A stretch of 64,000 nt of DNA, taken from positions 1 through 64,000 of the forward strand of contig JBBIUB010000006.1 in assembly GCA_037440465.1 (NCBI GenBank), written 5' to 3'. Below are positions 10,368 to 19,678 of this stretch, piece after piece. Origin of the DNA: Coprothermobacterota bacterium. Its GTDB lineage: Bacteria > Coprothermobacterota > HKB111. The position numbers and the translations under genes were made by a program. Positions within the stretch are counted from its first letter, which is position 1; each line of letters begins with the position of its first letter. Under the pieces are notes generated by a model that was given only the letters and a program-made list of their open reading frames with translations, was not told where the DNA came from and ran no database searches.

Positions 10368-10660
10368 TTTTCACCTGCCTTATTAATATTATGAAATTTT
10401 AACATATTAAGAACAAAGCTCAGAAGTTATTATCAATGACAGTGGTTGTGGTCAATATTATTAAGATTAAATAAAAATTGTGTACTCAAGCAAACGATGA
10501 AACATTTAAATAAATAATGTTAATTAGACATTTAAAGTTTAATCTGATAGTATAATAGCAAAGTTTGTATAAAAAGTATCAATTAGATACTTCTCATGCG
10601 GTGGATAGAGTATTATTGCTCATTATTGTTGCTACGATACAATGAGGGTTCTCTATATTT

Positions 10661-10764
10661 TATTACTTAGAGTAGCTTTTGAAAGTTAGAGTAGACTTGG
10701 TGACAGAAGATGCTATTAAACCCAATAGATTGAAATACTAAAAAAGGATCTGGAGTATGTCTAA
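10661..10764 (+). pseudogene. 3' remnant of minimal nucleotidyltransferase (MntA-type antitoxin)
   Basis: Reads YYLE*LLKVRVDLVTEDAIKP, then shifts frame to ILKKDLEYV*, overlapping the HEPN start. The 5' part is not recognisable. Confidence 0.6.
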
Positions 10765-11107
10765 AAGAGATGGGAAGCTATCTGTAGAAGATATTTTAGA
10801 AGCAATAGGTCTAATAGAAGAATATATTAAAAATGTTAATATTGAGTCTTTCAAAAAAGACAGGAAAACTAGGAATGTGGTAATAAGAAATCTTGAAATT
10901 ATCGGAGAAGCTTCCAAATTTATACCTGAAGAGATAAAAGAGAAACATACTGACATAGATTAGATAGGTATGATAAGACTTAGAAATAAAATAACTCAGG
11001 AGTATTTCGGAATAAGTCCAGTGATAATATGGAAAATCATTAAAGAAGAGCTTATTGTCCTGAAAATTGGCATGTTAAAATTCTTTAGCATATCTTATTT
11101 GAGTTGA
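10757..11107 (+). pseudogene. DUF86/HepT-type HEPN toxin pseudogene
   Basis: DILEAI, RNLEIIGEASK. TAG at 10961-10963 sits where Trp is normally conserved. Continues LRNKITQEYFG..IIW, with the RxxxxH His replaced by Q. Confidence 0.75.
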
Positions 11108-11169
11108 AACTGTTTACATAAAAGTTAATGTTATAATTAACAAATGATGGATTAAAGGAGGTGAATAAA

Positions 11170-11559
11170 ATGGCAGATAATGATGCCCAACTTCTTTTAA
11201 ACATCGCTCAGATGAGGATGTGGGATAAAGTAGAAGAAGCCTTTATCTGGATGTATACTCAATTTCATGTGGACGAATATGTAAAGTTTAAAGAGCGCTA
11301 TCCTCGGGGTTCTGTAGAAAGAAGAAAGTTCACTACAGTCTGTAACTTCTTTGAACTCTGTGGTGTGTTGGTATTAAGAGGTCATCTAAATGAAGATCTT
11401 TTCTTTGATATGGGATTTGGTCTTGATATCATGTGGAGTAAAGTTAAACCGATCATGTCGGGTTTCCGTGCTGATACCAGTCCTCGGATGTACGAAAACT
11501 TTGAGCTTTTATATAGAAAACATGAGGAGTGGCTTAAGAAGAACCCACCTAAGTTATAA
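11170..11559 (+). CDS. Hypothetical protein (DUF4760-like)
   Basis: AAGGAGGTG RBS before ATG at 11170. NFFELCGVLV..G.L.EDLFFD, W.KVKP, YENFE.L pattern. Confidence 0.6.
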   Translation: MADNDAQLLLNIAQMRMWDKVEEAFIWMYTQFHVDEYVKFKERYPRGSVERRKFTTVCNFFELCGVLVLRGHLNEDLFFDMGFGLDIMWSKVKPIMSGFRADTSPRMYENFELLYRKHEEWLKKNPPKL

Positions 11560-11745
11560 CTTTAAGAGCTAATCTTCCTTTAAACCACTCCATACCTTGC
11601 AGTATAACTTCTTCTAACTCTCCACCCTCCTCTCATCAAGGGAGGAGATGACACATCCCCTAACCCCTCTTGTTAGAGGGGAGATAAAGCGGGGGAGAGA
11701 AGGGGAGGGTGTGGTTAATCTAACACCTCAATAAAAAGACTATAA

Positions 11746-12885
11746 TTAAAACAGGTGGCGGGGATCTATGGCAATTCCCCTTATTCTTATTTCAAAATGG
11801 AGATGAGGGGCAGTGGAAAGACCTGTATCTCCAACTGTTCCTATGATATCACCTTTCTTCACCTGTTCTCCTTCTTTAACCTTAATATCTTGAAGGTGGT
11901 AGTATAGACTCATTACCCCCAGACCATGATTCAGAATAACTGTATTACCTCGAACCTTGAGTGGAGTAGCTAAAACCACATAACCTGAATTGGTAGCATA
12001 AATGGGCGTACCTTCCTTAGCCTTAAAATCCACACCTCGATGTCTTATATAAGACCCATTAATTTTACGCCAGGTCCCAAAGGGGGAGACGATTTCTCCT
12101 TCTACAGGCAATAGAAAGTCTCCCTCCAGGAATACCTCAGAGGTCAGCCTTTTTAATATCCCCTCTACCAGTTCATTTTCGCGCCTTAAGAGCTCGGGAT
12201 CCAGAAGAGGAACTCTGTCAGGAGAAAGCCTTATCACCTCCCAGGGGAATAATCGGGTCTTTAAGCAGATGATCTCTTCTTTTATGCTGTGATTTCCTGC
12301 CTCATCCCAGGCTTCTATCAGAAGCTTGTTTTCCGCGGGTGGATTATCTATAGAAATGCCTGTAATGATAAAAAAGGAATTGAAGCTGAGTAGAGGAAGA
12401 TAAGGAAAATCAACGCCATCAAGGGTGGATTTAAGAAACGTCACAGGTTCACTAACCTTAACCCAACCCCAGGCTACCCCTCCTGGTTCTGCTACTTTTT
12501 TCTCCCAGACGAGTTCTATACCCGGAGGTGTGTTATCCACAATAAAAGTTACCTCTGAGTAAGTTAGGTTTTTTCTTCTGGAGGAGTCCCTAACTTCTAC
12601 TCTGATGGTGTGTTCTCCATCAAGAAGAGTTGTAGTATCAACTTTTATAGGAAAAGATTGTTCAAGACCCATTTCACCAAGATTAATATTAATAGTTAAG
12701 GGCTCACTTTTATCCCACACCTCTAAATCAATTTCTATCTCTCCTCTCACCTTTCCTGAAGGAGTAGAAAAAATAATAGTTGGTGGAATCTTGTCAAAAT
12801 AATAATTTATTACCCTCTCTAAAAAGGGTGAGAGAAGGAGAAAAAAGGCCAGGGGGATTGCAAAAAGAAGATGCTTTAACTTCAA
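11746..12885 (-). CDS. M23 family metalloendopeptidase with Ig-like domains
   Basis: N-terminal hydrophobic anchor, DNTPP Ig-like boundary, HRGVD and PHLHFE zinc motifs. Confidence 0.85.
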   Translation of the reverse strand: MKLKHLLFAIPLAFFLLLSPFLERVINYYFDKIPPTIIFSTPSGKVRGEIEIDLEVWDKSEPLTININLGEMGLEQSFPIKVDTTTLLDGEHTIRVEVRDSSRRKNLTYSEVTFIVDNTPPGIELVWEKKVAEPGGVAWGWVKVSEPVTFLKSTLDGVDFPYLPLLSFNSFFIITGISIDNPPAENKLLIEAWDEAGNHSIKEEIICLKTRLFPWEVIRLSPDRVPLLDPELLRRENELVEGILKRLTSEVFLEGDFLLPVEGEIVSPFGTWRKINGSYIRHRGVDFKAKEGTPIYATNSGYVVLATPLKVRGNTVILNHGLGVMSLYYHLQDIKVKEGEQVKKGDIIGTVGDTGLSTAPHLHFEIRIRGIAIDPRHLF

Positions 12886-12886
12886 A

Positions 12887-13990
12887 TCACGGACATTTGA
12901 CTATATCCTGAGCATAGAGACAATCAGCACAGGATGGGTCTCCTCCCCAGCAATCAGTGTTTGAAGAGGCATAGTCACAGTTTGGATTTAAATCGCAGTC
13001 AACACAGGATGGGAAATTGAAATTGCGAACCCTGTATCTGAATTTCAAAAATTCATCTGAGGTATAGATATCCATCAAGCTTTTTTCTGTAATTTTCCCA
13101 AAGTGATACTTTTTGACATTCTTTTTCCTTCCAAGAATATAATAAGAGTAAGAGTGTAACAAAGGATAACAGGGGCTCACCACACCATCGCTGGCAATAA
13201 CTATAGAGTGGGACTCCATGAACCGACACCTTCTAAAAGCACCCCACTTCATTTTAGGAAATTCCATCATACCCCATAATAACCAGTCCTTCATATAGAC
13301 TGGCCAGGTTGAAGCCTCGGGTAGTTTATGTTCTCCATCGTAAAGCACTTCCTTAATCATATCTTCAGTATGCGGGAGAATGTTAGTCACTATTACAAAA
13401 GAAGCGCCCAGGGTTCTGGCTAACATAGACATAGCTGGTATTTCCTGGATGTTTCTCTTCATAGCTACGAACTCTATTCCTATCTTGGGAAGGTGACTCC
13501 TTTTGTTCATTTTTTCTTCGTTTAAAGCGTGGATGTTTGCTACAACATTTGTCAAACTGGAACCTACTCTGATGTTTCCGTACTGCTGGGGTTGTGCGCT
13601 ATCAAAAGAGACCACTATCTGATCCAGTTTAGCTTTAACAAGTGCTTTAACCATATTTCTATCAAGAAGAACTCCATTACTGGAAACTGTAACCTTCAAG
13701 TCTGACTTTTTTGCAAGTTCAATCATTTCCAGTATTCTAAGATGGGATAAAGGCTCGCCAAAACCACCAAAATAAAATTCTTTAACATCCTTGAAATCTT
13801 TGAGTTCTTCAATAATTTTTGAAAAAATGAAAAATTCAAGATCATTAACAGAGTCACACCAGGAGTTTCTGATACAGGTGATACAATTTAAATTACATCT
13901 ATTAGTTACTTCAATATAAACCCTTTTCAGGTCAGGCTTTTTCTTTAGAAAAACAAAGCCATCTTCTATCAGTTCTTTTAGATAATTCAT
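12887..13990 (-). CDS. Radical SAM/SPASM protein, tungsten-cofactor oxidoreductase maturase type
   Basis: CNLNCITC, GFGEPL, Cys-rich C-terminus (CVDC..C..CWG..PSCADCLYAQDIVKCP), adjacent to AOR and MoaD genes. Confidence 0.8.
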   Translation of the reverse strand: MNYLKELIEDGFVFLKKKPDLKRVYIEVTNRCNLNCITCIRNSWCDSVNDLEFFIFSKIIEELKDFKDVKEFYFGGFGEPLSHLRILEMIELAKKSDLKVTVSSNGVLLDRNMVKALVKAKLDQIVVSFDSAQPQQYGNIRVGSSLTNVVANIHALNEEKMNKRSHLPKIGIEFVAMKRNIQEIPAMSMLARTLGASFVIVTNILPHTEDMIKEVLYDGEHKLPEASTWPVYMKDWLLWGMMEFPKMKWGAFRRCRFMESHSIVIASDGVVSPCYPLLHSYSYYILGRKKNVKKYHFGKITEKSLMDIYTSDEFLKFRYRVRNFNFPSCVDCDLNPNCDYASSNTDCWGGDPSCADCLYAQDIVKCP

Positions 13991-14001
13991 CTAACTGATT
14001 A

Positions 14002-14244
14002 TTAACCACCGGCTACGGGTGGAAATATCGCTACTCTATCTCCTTCTTTAAGAATTGTGTCGTCTTCACCTTTTAAACCATTTATAAAGGTTTGTTTTAC
14101 CTCTTCTCTGGGAATAGATAAAGTTTCGAAAATATCTTTTAGTTTTGTTCCTTCCTCAATTTCCAGAGTTAAAAACTCACCCGTTTTTAATCGGGGTAGA
14201 TATTTTTTCAAGGTAGCGTAAGCTGTTACATTTATCTTTATCAA
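14002..14244 (-). CDS. MoaD/ThiS sulfur carrier protein
   Basis: Beta-grasp pattern ending GDRVAIFPPVAGG. Start re-called to TTG at 14244. Confidence 0.85.
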   Translation of the reverse strand: MIKINVTAYATLKKYLPRLKTGEFLTLEIEEGTKLKDIFETLSIPREEVKQTFINGLKGEDDTILKEGDRVAIFPPVAGG

Positions 14245-14251
14245 TTTTTTC

Positions 14252-14533
14252 CTAATCCTCTTTTTTCTGAAAATACCATTTATACAACAGTTGCATGTCA
14301 TCAGGGAATATGCCCAGTCGATCTCCATCCTGGACTTTTCTTCTCAACCCTGAGTATTCTCCGTTTACAAAAATATTACTACCCACCTCATAAAGCGGGA
14401 TTCCTATTCTTTGGATAATATCCTCAACACTGTCATCTCTTATGAATTCTATCAATAACACAGATTCTCCAAAATGGTCAGGATTTGGAGTGAATCGTCT
14501 CAGTTTACCAAAAAGATGAACTTCTACAGCGAT
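14252..14533 (-). CDS. MoaD/ThiS-like protein lacking the C-terminal GG
   Basis: VEVHLFGKLRR...IFVNG...GDRLGIFP then DDMQLLYKWYFQKKED. Probable ATC start 7 nt after AAGGAG. Confidence 0.7.
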   Translation of the reverse strand: MAVEVHLFGKLRRFTPNPDHFGESVLLIEFIRDDSVEDIIQRIGIPLYEVGSNIFVNGEYSGLRRKVQDGDRLGIFPDDMQLLYKWYFQKKED

Positions 14534-14548
14534 GATACATCTCCTTAT

Positions 14549-14584
14549 AATAAGGGGGTTAGCCATCAGTCTAACCCCCTTATT
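14549..14584 (-). terminator. 14-bp hairpin after aor (leaky terminator or mRNA stabiliser)
   Basis: AATAAGGGGGTTAG / CTAACCCCCTTATT perfect inverted repeat. Confidence 0.65.
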
Positions 14585-14601
14585 CTTTGTTAATTAACTA
14601 A

Positions 14602-16347
14602 CTAAAACTCCCACACACTATCTAATACTTCATCTGAAACATCATAAACCTGATTGTGTGGTGGCAGAGGTTCATATTTCATAAACTCTGGCACGCGGTC
14701 ATCAAGCTTGGTAAATCCTGCTGCATCGTTGAAATTCCTCTCGGTTCTCATTATCTCCAGTCCTATCCTACCTACATCAGCTACTGTCCAGTTAGTACCC
14801 AGGACACCGTTGCAGGTTTCAACCATTCCTTCCAATCCTGAAGGAATATCCAGAATAGCAAAAGCGATAAAGAGACAGTAGCCTGTTGAGTCAAGGAAAG
14901 CGGTTGCTGCCTGAAGACCACGAGAAATAGTGGCTTTTCCTTCCACGCTCAAGGGGTCTGCTTTTCCTCCCACAGAGAGGATTTCAGGAGCGATAGTGTA
15001 TCCAGCAGTATGGTCAGCTCCCATAGGAGTAGTGCAGTAGGTAACACCAATTCCTTTTACTGCTCTTGGCTCATAGGCTGGCATACCCTGGTCTTTAACT
15101 GTGGGACATCTTACCACTCCCAGAGCCTTAGCAGTGAAAGAAGCTCCTTGACCGAGTATTCTTCCTAAAGGTGTGCCCTTTCCAATCTCTTCCATAAGTT
15201 CTATAGCTTTCTTCCCATCGCCAAAGCTGGCTAATCCACCTTCCATAGCCACACCCAGGACAACACCAGCTTCTATTGTATCAAGGCCGATTTCATTACA
15301 TAATCTAATAAGTTCTCCAGTAACATCCAGATTGTCAATTCCGCAGTTGGCTCCCAGACTCCAGACGGATTCATATTCCTGCACAGACACTAACTCTGAA
15401 CCATCAGGATTGGGATAGACATTGGAGCATCTTATAACACATCCCGGATGGCAGCTGTGACCCATGGTGCCTTTTCCACCCCTTATCTTAACCATCTCGG
15501 CGATTGCTTCACCACTTATCTTTGTTGCTCCTTCAAATCTACCACTGGAGAAATTACGAGTAGGAAGACCACCAGCTTCGTTCAGTATATTTATAAGTAC
15601 TGCAGTTCCATAGGTGTTTAAAGCTCCTCCTGGTTTGGTAACAGCATGGTTTCTTAAGGCTTCAACCAGTTTCTTTTGGCCTTCTCTGAAAACAACTTCG
15701 TTAACAAGTTTAATTCCCAGAGCATCAGTTGCATCAACTACCATGGCTTTGATACCCTTGGAACCAAGGACAGCACCCATTCCACCTCTGCCTGAATATC
15801 TGGTGGCTCTATTTTCAGTATCTGTAAAGCATACGCCAGCGTTTGCCATTAGCCATTCACCGGCAGGTCCTATGCACATGATACCTACCTTATCTCCATA
15901 TTTTTCAAGAAGTTTATTGACTGTTTTTGAAGTTACTAATCCTGCTAGTTCATTAGCAGGTAGTAACTCTAAACCATTCTTATCAACTTTTAGTAGATAT
16001 TTTTTGTTTTTATCTTTAGGTTGACCTTCAATTATTATTGCCTTAATACCTAATCTCGCTAAATATTGACTTGTTTTTGTACCTGCGTTAGTCTCTTTTA
16101 TTCCATTAGTTAAAGGAGATTTACCACCAACAGATACTCTGCCTGAGCTTGGAGCAGCTGTTCCAGTTACTATACCTGGTGCAAATACTACCTTGTTGTT
16201 TGGACCCAGGGGATGACTGAGAGGTGGAACTTCATCATAGGTAATTTGAGAAGTTAAACTTCTCCCACCGAGAAGAGCATATTTTTCGGGAACTGCCTCT
16301 TCTTTCACAGTTAAATCATCCATGTTTACTCTGATAATCTTGGACAT
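14602..16347 (-). CDS. aor: Aldehyde:ferredoxin oxidoreductase (tungsten family)
   Basis: KSPLT.GIKETNAG, CIGPAGE, GRGGMGAVLGSKGIKA, CHPGCVIRC, EYES, GLDTIE, GADHT, DSTGYC. Confidence 0.9.
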   Translation of the reverse strand: MSKIIRVNMDDLTVKEEAVPEKYALLGGRSLTSQITYDEVPPLSHPLGPNNKVVFAPGIVTGTAAPSSGRVSVGGKSPLTNGIKETNAGTKTSQYLARLGIKAIIIEGQPKDKNKKYLLKVDKNGLELLPANELAGLVTSKTVNKLLEKYGDKVGIMCIGPAGEWLMANAGVCFTDTENRATRYSGRGGMGAVLGSKGIKAMVVDATDALGIKLVNEVVFREGQKKLVEALRNHAVTKPGGALNTYGTAVLINILNEAGGLPTRNFSSGRFEGATKISGEAIAEMVKIRGGKGTMGHSCHPGCVIRCSNVYPNPDGSELVSVQEYESVWSLGANCGIDNLDVTGELIRLCNEIGLDTIEAGVVLGVAMEGGLASFGDGKKAIELMEEIGKGTPLGRILGQGASFTAKALGVVRCPTVKDQGMPAYEPRAVKGIGVTYCTTPMGADHTAGYTIAPEILSVGGKADPLSVEGKATISRGLQAATAFLDSTGYCLFIAFAILDIPSGLEGMVETCNGVLGTNWTVADVGRIGLEIMRTERNFNDAAGFTKLDDRVPEFMKYEPLPPHNQVYDVSDEVLDSVWEF

Positions 16348-16522
16348 AATTTATCCTCCTTCTTTAAAAAAGTCTGTCTTTTTTAAAACCTTCTGCACTT
16401 TTTCCCTTAGTTACACCTCCTTTTTTTATAGCATTATGGAGATTAAAACTTAAATACCTTAAGATGTATTTATTATAAAATACTAATTAAATTTAAATAT
16501 CCCACCTACTTTATCTTAGTTA

Positions 16523-16551
16523 AGAATAACACTTGAACAATGAATTGTCAA
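16523..16551 (-). promoter_or_regulatory. Sigma70-type promoter upstream of aor
   Basis: TTGACA-17 nt-TATTCT on the minus strand. Confidence 0.55.
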
Positions 16552-16679
16552 TAATTTGTTAGAGCAATCAGCCTATCTAAATATAAATACCTATGTAAAA
16601 CAATGTTCTTTAAATAACCTCCTTTTTTGAAGGAAGAAAATTGTAAAGAATTATGAAAAGTTATTCATTGAATACATAG

Positions 16680-16709
16680 AAAATGCTGTAAGATGATTAC
16701 AGCATTTTT
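16680..16709. terminator. Bidirectional-type terminator hairpin
   Basis: AAAATGCTGTAA / TTACAGCATTTT, downstream of the minus-strand gene ending at 16760. Confidence 0.6.
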
Positions 16710-16759
16710 CTAAAAGATTACTATTTTGTTTAAATAAAAATTAAATAAGCTTTATTTTT

Positions 16760-17065
16760 TTATTCTTCTTCATCATCTCCTACATTGGCTAATTCTTCTT
16801 TTTTTACTGCGATTTCTGAATCAATTATCTTTATTTTTTCGTCAGCTTCCTTTATTGCGTTAAGTATATCGTCTGAGGTTTTACCCTGGGAAAATAAATC
16901 ATATACGGTTTTTCCTAAGTTTTCAATTGTTGATCTTTTTTTCCCTTCCAAACCTGATATATCAAGTTTCAATTTAGCACTTTGAGCTAAGTCTTTTGTA
17001 CCTTTGGCTATTTTTTCTCCTGCATCTTTTGCTGTTTGTTTAAATTTATCCCATAAACCTGCCAT
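16760..17065 (-). CDS. Small helical hypothetical protein
   Basis: AAGGGGG RBS. WDKFKQTA..KLKL..LGK.VY pattern, predicted coiled coil. Confidence 0.7.
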   Translation of the reverse strand: MAGLWDKFKQTAKDAGEKIAKGTKDLAQSAKLKLDISGLEGKKRSTIENLGKTVYDLFSQGKTSDDILNAIKEADEKIKIIDSEIAVKKEELANVGDDEEE

Positions 17066-17246
17066 TTTGTACCCCCTTTAATTATTAAATAATTTTAGTA
17101 TTCTGGTTTGAAAATGTGTTTATAATTTTATCAGCCTGAAACACTTATTTTCAACTGATATATTATCATAGCCTTTAACCTGTGTATAGCCTTTGTAAAG
17201 TATTAGCAAGAGCATTGTAAAACAAAATTCAAAAGCGTAGTATTCT

Positions 17247-17321
17247 TGTCACCCTGAACCCTATCCTGAACTTGTTTCAGGGTATTTCAAGTGCCTATCC
17301 TGAACTTGTTTCAGGATGACA
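17247..17321. repeat. Palindromic REP-like element containing two identical 22-mers
   Basis: CCTATCCTGAACTTGTTTCAGG at 17260-17281 and 17294-17315, bounded by TGTCA...TGACA. Confidence 0.75.
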
Positions 17322-17387
17322 TGCTTTTTTATCAGCATTAGTAAAAAACACTCAACAAAACTTATAGGCTATGATTTTATTTTAGTT

Positions 17388-17444
17388 TTGACTTAATAGT
17401 TGAGATGAATTATAATTAACTATCCCCACCCCAGGGAGGGGATA
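17388..17444 (+). promoter_or_regulatory. Sigma70 promoter plus CsoR-type operator
   Basis: TTGACT-17-TATAAT (17388-17416), then TATCCCC-N10-GGGGATA (17421-17444), a C/G-tract inverted repeat typical of CsoR/RcnR operators. Confidence 0.75.
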
Positions 17445-17480
17445 AAATTCTCTTTATAGTATATACTAAGGAGGTTTACT

Positions 17481-17747
17481 ATGCTGCATAAAGAGAGTTT
17501 AAAGGAAGTGATAGACAGGCTTGCTAAAATAGAAGGACACATAAGAAGTGTCAGGGAAATGGTTTCTTCCGGTAGAGATTGCCCTGATGTTCTTATTCAG
17601 ATAGCAGCAGTGAGATCCGCCTTAAATCAAGTTGGAAAATTAATAATGGAAGAACATATAGAAACTTGTATCGTGAAAGCTTTTGAGGAAGGGGAAGAAG
17701 AAAAAGCTATTGCTGATTTAAAGGAGGCACTTAGAAAACTTATATGA
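17481..17747 (+). CDS. CsoR/RcnR family metal-sensing repressor
   Basis: RLAKIEGH, CPDVLIQIAAV, EEHIETC. Confidence 0.9.
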   Translation: MLHKESLKEVIDRLAKIEGHIRSVREMVSSGRDCPDVLIQIAAVRSALNQVGKLIMEEHIETCIVKAFEEGEEEKAIADLKEALRKLI

Positions 17748-19636
17748 TTATTGGAAGGCACAAAATATCTTCATTAAAGATTCCAAGGGCTTATGAAGTA
17801 TCCATATCTCTTTTACTAATAATCCTGAGTATTGGATTTTACAGATTAAATGTTATGTACACTTTATATTCTACTGGTGTAATTTTTAGATATATCGCTC
17901 AAACATTGGCAATAATAGCCACGATACTTACAGGTAAGAATATCATACTGGGAGCTATCAAAGGTCTTATAAAGAAGAAGTTCAATGTAGATGAGTTAAT
18001 AAGCATGGCTATCATAGCTTCAATTGTTACAGGAGAATATCTGGTAGCAGCCGAAGTAGCTTTTATTATGACCATTGGTGCTTTCTTGGAAGACAGGGTT
18101 TCTGATAGGAGTCGTAAAGCCATTGAGGAACTATACAAGCTAGCTCCCCGTAGAGCCCGTCTCAGACTTAAAAATGAAGATAAAATGATACCTGTTGAAG
18201 AGGTAAAACCAGGAGACCTGATTCTGGTTAAACCCTGGGAGGAGATTCCAGTTGATGGTATGGTTACTACGGGCTTTTCTTCAGTAAATGAGGCATCTCT
18301 TACGGGCGAGAGTAAACCCAGCGACAAATCACCTGGTGAGATGGTATTGGCAGGCACACAGAATTTGGATGGAGCGCTTGAGATAAAGACATTAAAGGTA
18401 GGAAGTTCCAGTGCTCTTGGAAGAATGATAGAACTTACAAGAGAAGCACTCAGAGAAAAAACTCCCCTTACTCGTTTGGTGGATAAGTTTGCTTCCTGGT
18501 TCACTCCAGCTGTTTTCTTGTTTACGCTACTTGTGTATTTTCTTACAAGAGATATTATGAGAGCGGTTGCAGTGCTTGTTGTAGCTTGTCCCTGCTCCCT
18601 TGTACTGGCTACTCCGACTGCTTTGACAGCTGCTCTGGGTAAAGCAGCCAGGATGGGAGTTCTCGTGAAAGGTGGAGCTTATCTGGAAAAGGCTGCTGAA
18701 GTAGACGCTATAATCTTTGATAAAACAGGTACTCTCACTATTGGTGAGCCTCAGGTTAAAAATGTTCTTACTTTAAACTCCGTTTCAAAAGAAGAACTTC
18801 TTTTTATGGCTTCCATAGCTGAGATATTTTCTGAGCACCACTTAGGAAAAGCTATTGTTAAGGAGTCTCTCCATGCTGGAAAACCTATTCCTAACCCTGA
18901 GGAAGTCAAAGTGGTACCTGGTAAAGGTATTGTTGCAAAATACAACGGTACCAGTATAACTGTAGGAAAAGCCTCTTTTCTAAAAGATGGAGAGTTCAAG
19001 TCCATTGAGGAAGCCTTACATCTCGCTAATAAGGAAGAAAAGGATGGTAGAACCACCTTTTTCGTGGCTTGGGATAATGAAGTAAAAGGAATCATATCCA
19101 TGGAAGATGTGTTAAGAGAAGATACTCTTATCAGTATGGCAGTGCTGAAAAAGATGTCTCATAAGATAGTTCTTTTAAGTGGAGACAACCATAATAGTAC
19201 TGCAACGATGGCGTCTAAAGCAGGAATAAGTGAGTTTAGAGCTAATCTCTTACCAGAAGATAAGGTTGTAATCCTACGAGAGCTTAAAAGAGAAGGAAGG
19301 GTAGTGGCAGCCGTAGGTGATGGAATAAATGACGCCCCACTATTAGCTCGGGCAGATGTAGGTATAGCTATGGGGAATTCAGGTTTTCATATAACACTGG
19401 AAGCTGCTTCAGTGGTTTTACTGAGGGACGATATTGAGAAAATACCCGCTTTTTTAAAGCTTGCCCGAAGAACGAGAGGAATTATTAGACAGAACTTACT
19501 CATATTTGGAGTTATGTATAATCTTTTAGCTTTTACAGGAGCATCGCTGGGTTATCTAACTCCCTTCTGGGGAGCTGTTATTCACAACTTGGGTGCTGTG
19601 ATGGTAATCTTAAATTCCAGCCGATTGTTGAGATAG
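17744..19636 (+). CDS. Heavy-metal translocating P1B-type ATPase
   Basis: TGES, CPC, DKTGT, GDGINDAP. No N-terminal CxxC domain. Confidence 0.9.
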   Translation: MIIGRHKISSLKIPRAYEVSISLLLIILSIGFYRLNVMYTLYSTGVIFRYIAQTLAIIATILTGKNIILGAIKGLIKKKFNVDELISMAIIASIVTGEYLVAAEVAFIMTIGAFLEDRVSDRSRKAIEELYKLAPRRARLRLKNEDKMIPVEEVKPGDLILVKPWEEIPVDGMVTTGFSSVNEASLTGESKPSDKSPGEMVLAGTQNLDGALEIKTLKVGSSSALGRMIELTREALREKTPLTRLVDKFASWFTPAVFLFTLLVYFLTRDIMRAVAVLVVACPCSLVLATPTALTAALGKAARMGVLVKGGAYLEKAAEVDAIIFDKTGTLTIGEPQVKNVLTLNSVSKEELLFMASIAEIFSEHHLGKAIVKESLHAGKPIPNPEEVKVVPGKGIVAKYNGTSITVGKASFLKDGEFKSIEEALHLANKEEKDGRTTFFVAWDNEVKGIISMEDVLREDTLISMAVLKKMSHKIVLLSGDNHNSTATMASKAGISEFRANLLPEDKVVILRELKREGRVVAAVGDGINDAPLLARADVGIAMGNSGFHITLEAASVVLLRDDIEKIPAFLKLARRTRGIIRQNLLIFGVMYNLLAFTGASLGYLTPFWGAVIHNLGAVMVILNSSRLLR

Positions 19637-19654
19637 ATACAAAATCCTTTTGAT

Positions 19655-19678
19655 GTCAAATGCGTAGACCTGACCCCA
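19655..19678 (-). repeat. 24-bp TGGGGTCAGGTCTACGCAWTTGAC element, copy 1
   Basis: Matches 26883-26906 at 23 of 24 positions, inverted. Confidence 0.75.

Noticed and set aside
10961..10963. Amber read-through (pyrrolysine or recoding) in the HEPN gene
   Set aside because: TAG replaces a Trp codon by one transition, the catalytic His and the partner gene are also damaged, and TAG is a normal stop elsewhere in the window.
17247..17321. Mini CRISPR array
   Set aside because: Only two 22-nt units with a 12-nt gap and no cas genes. Fits a REP-like element better.
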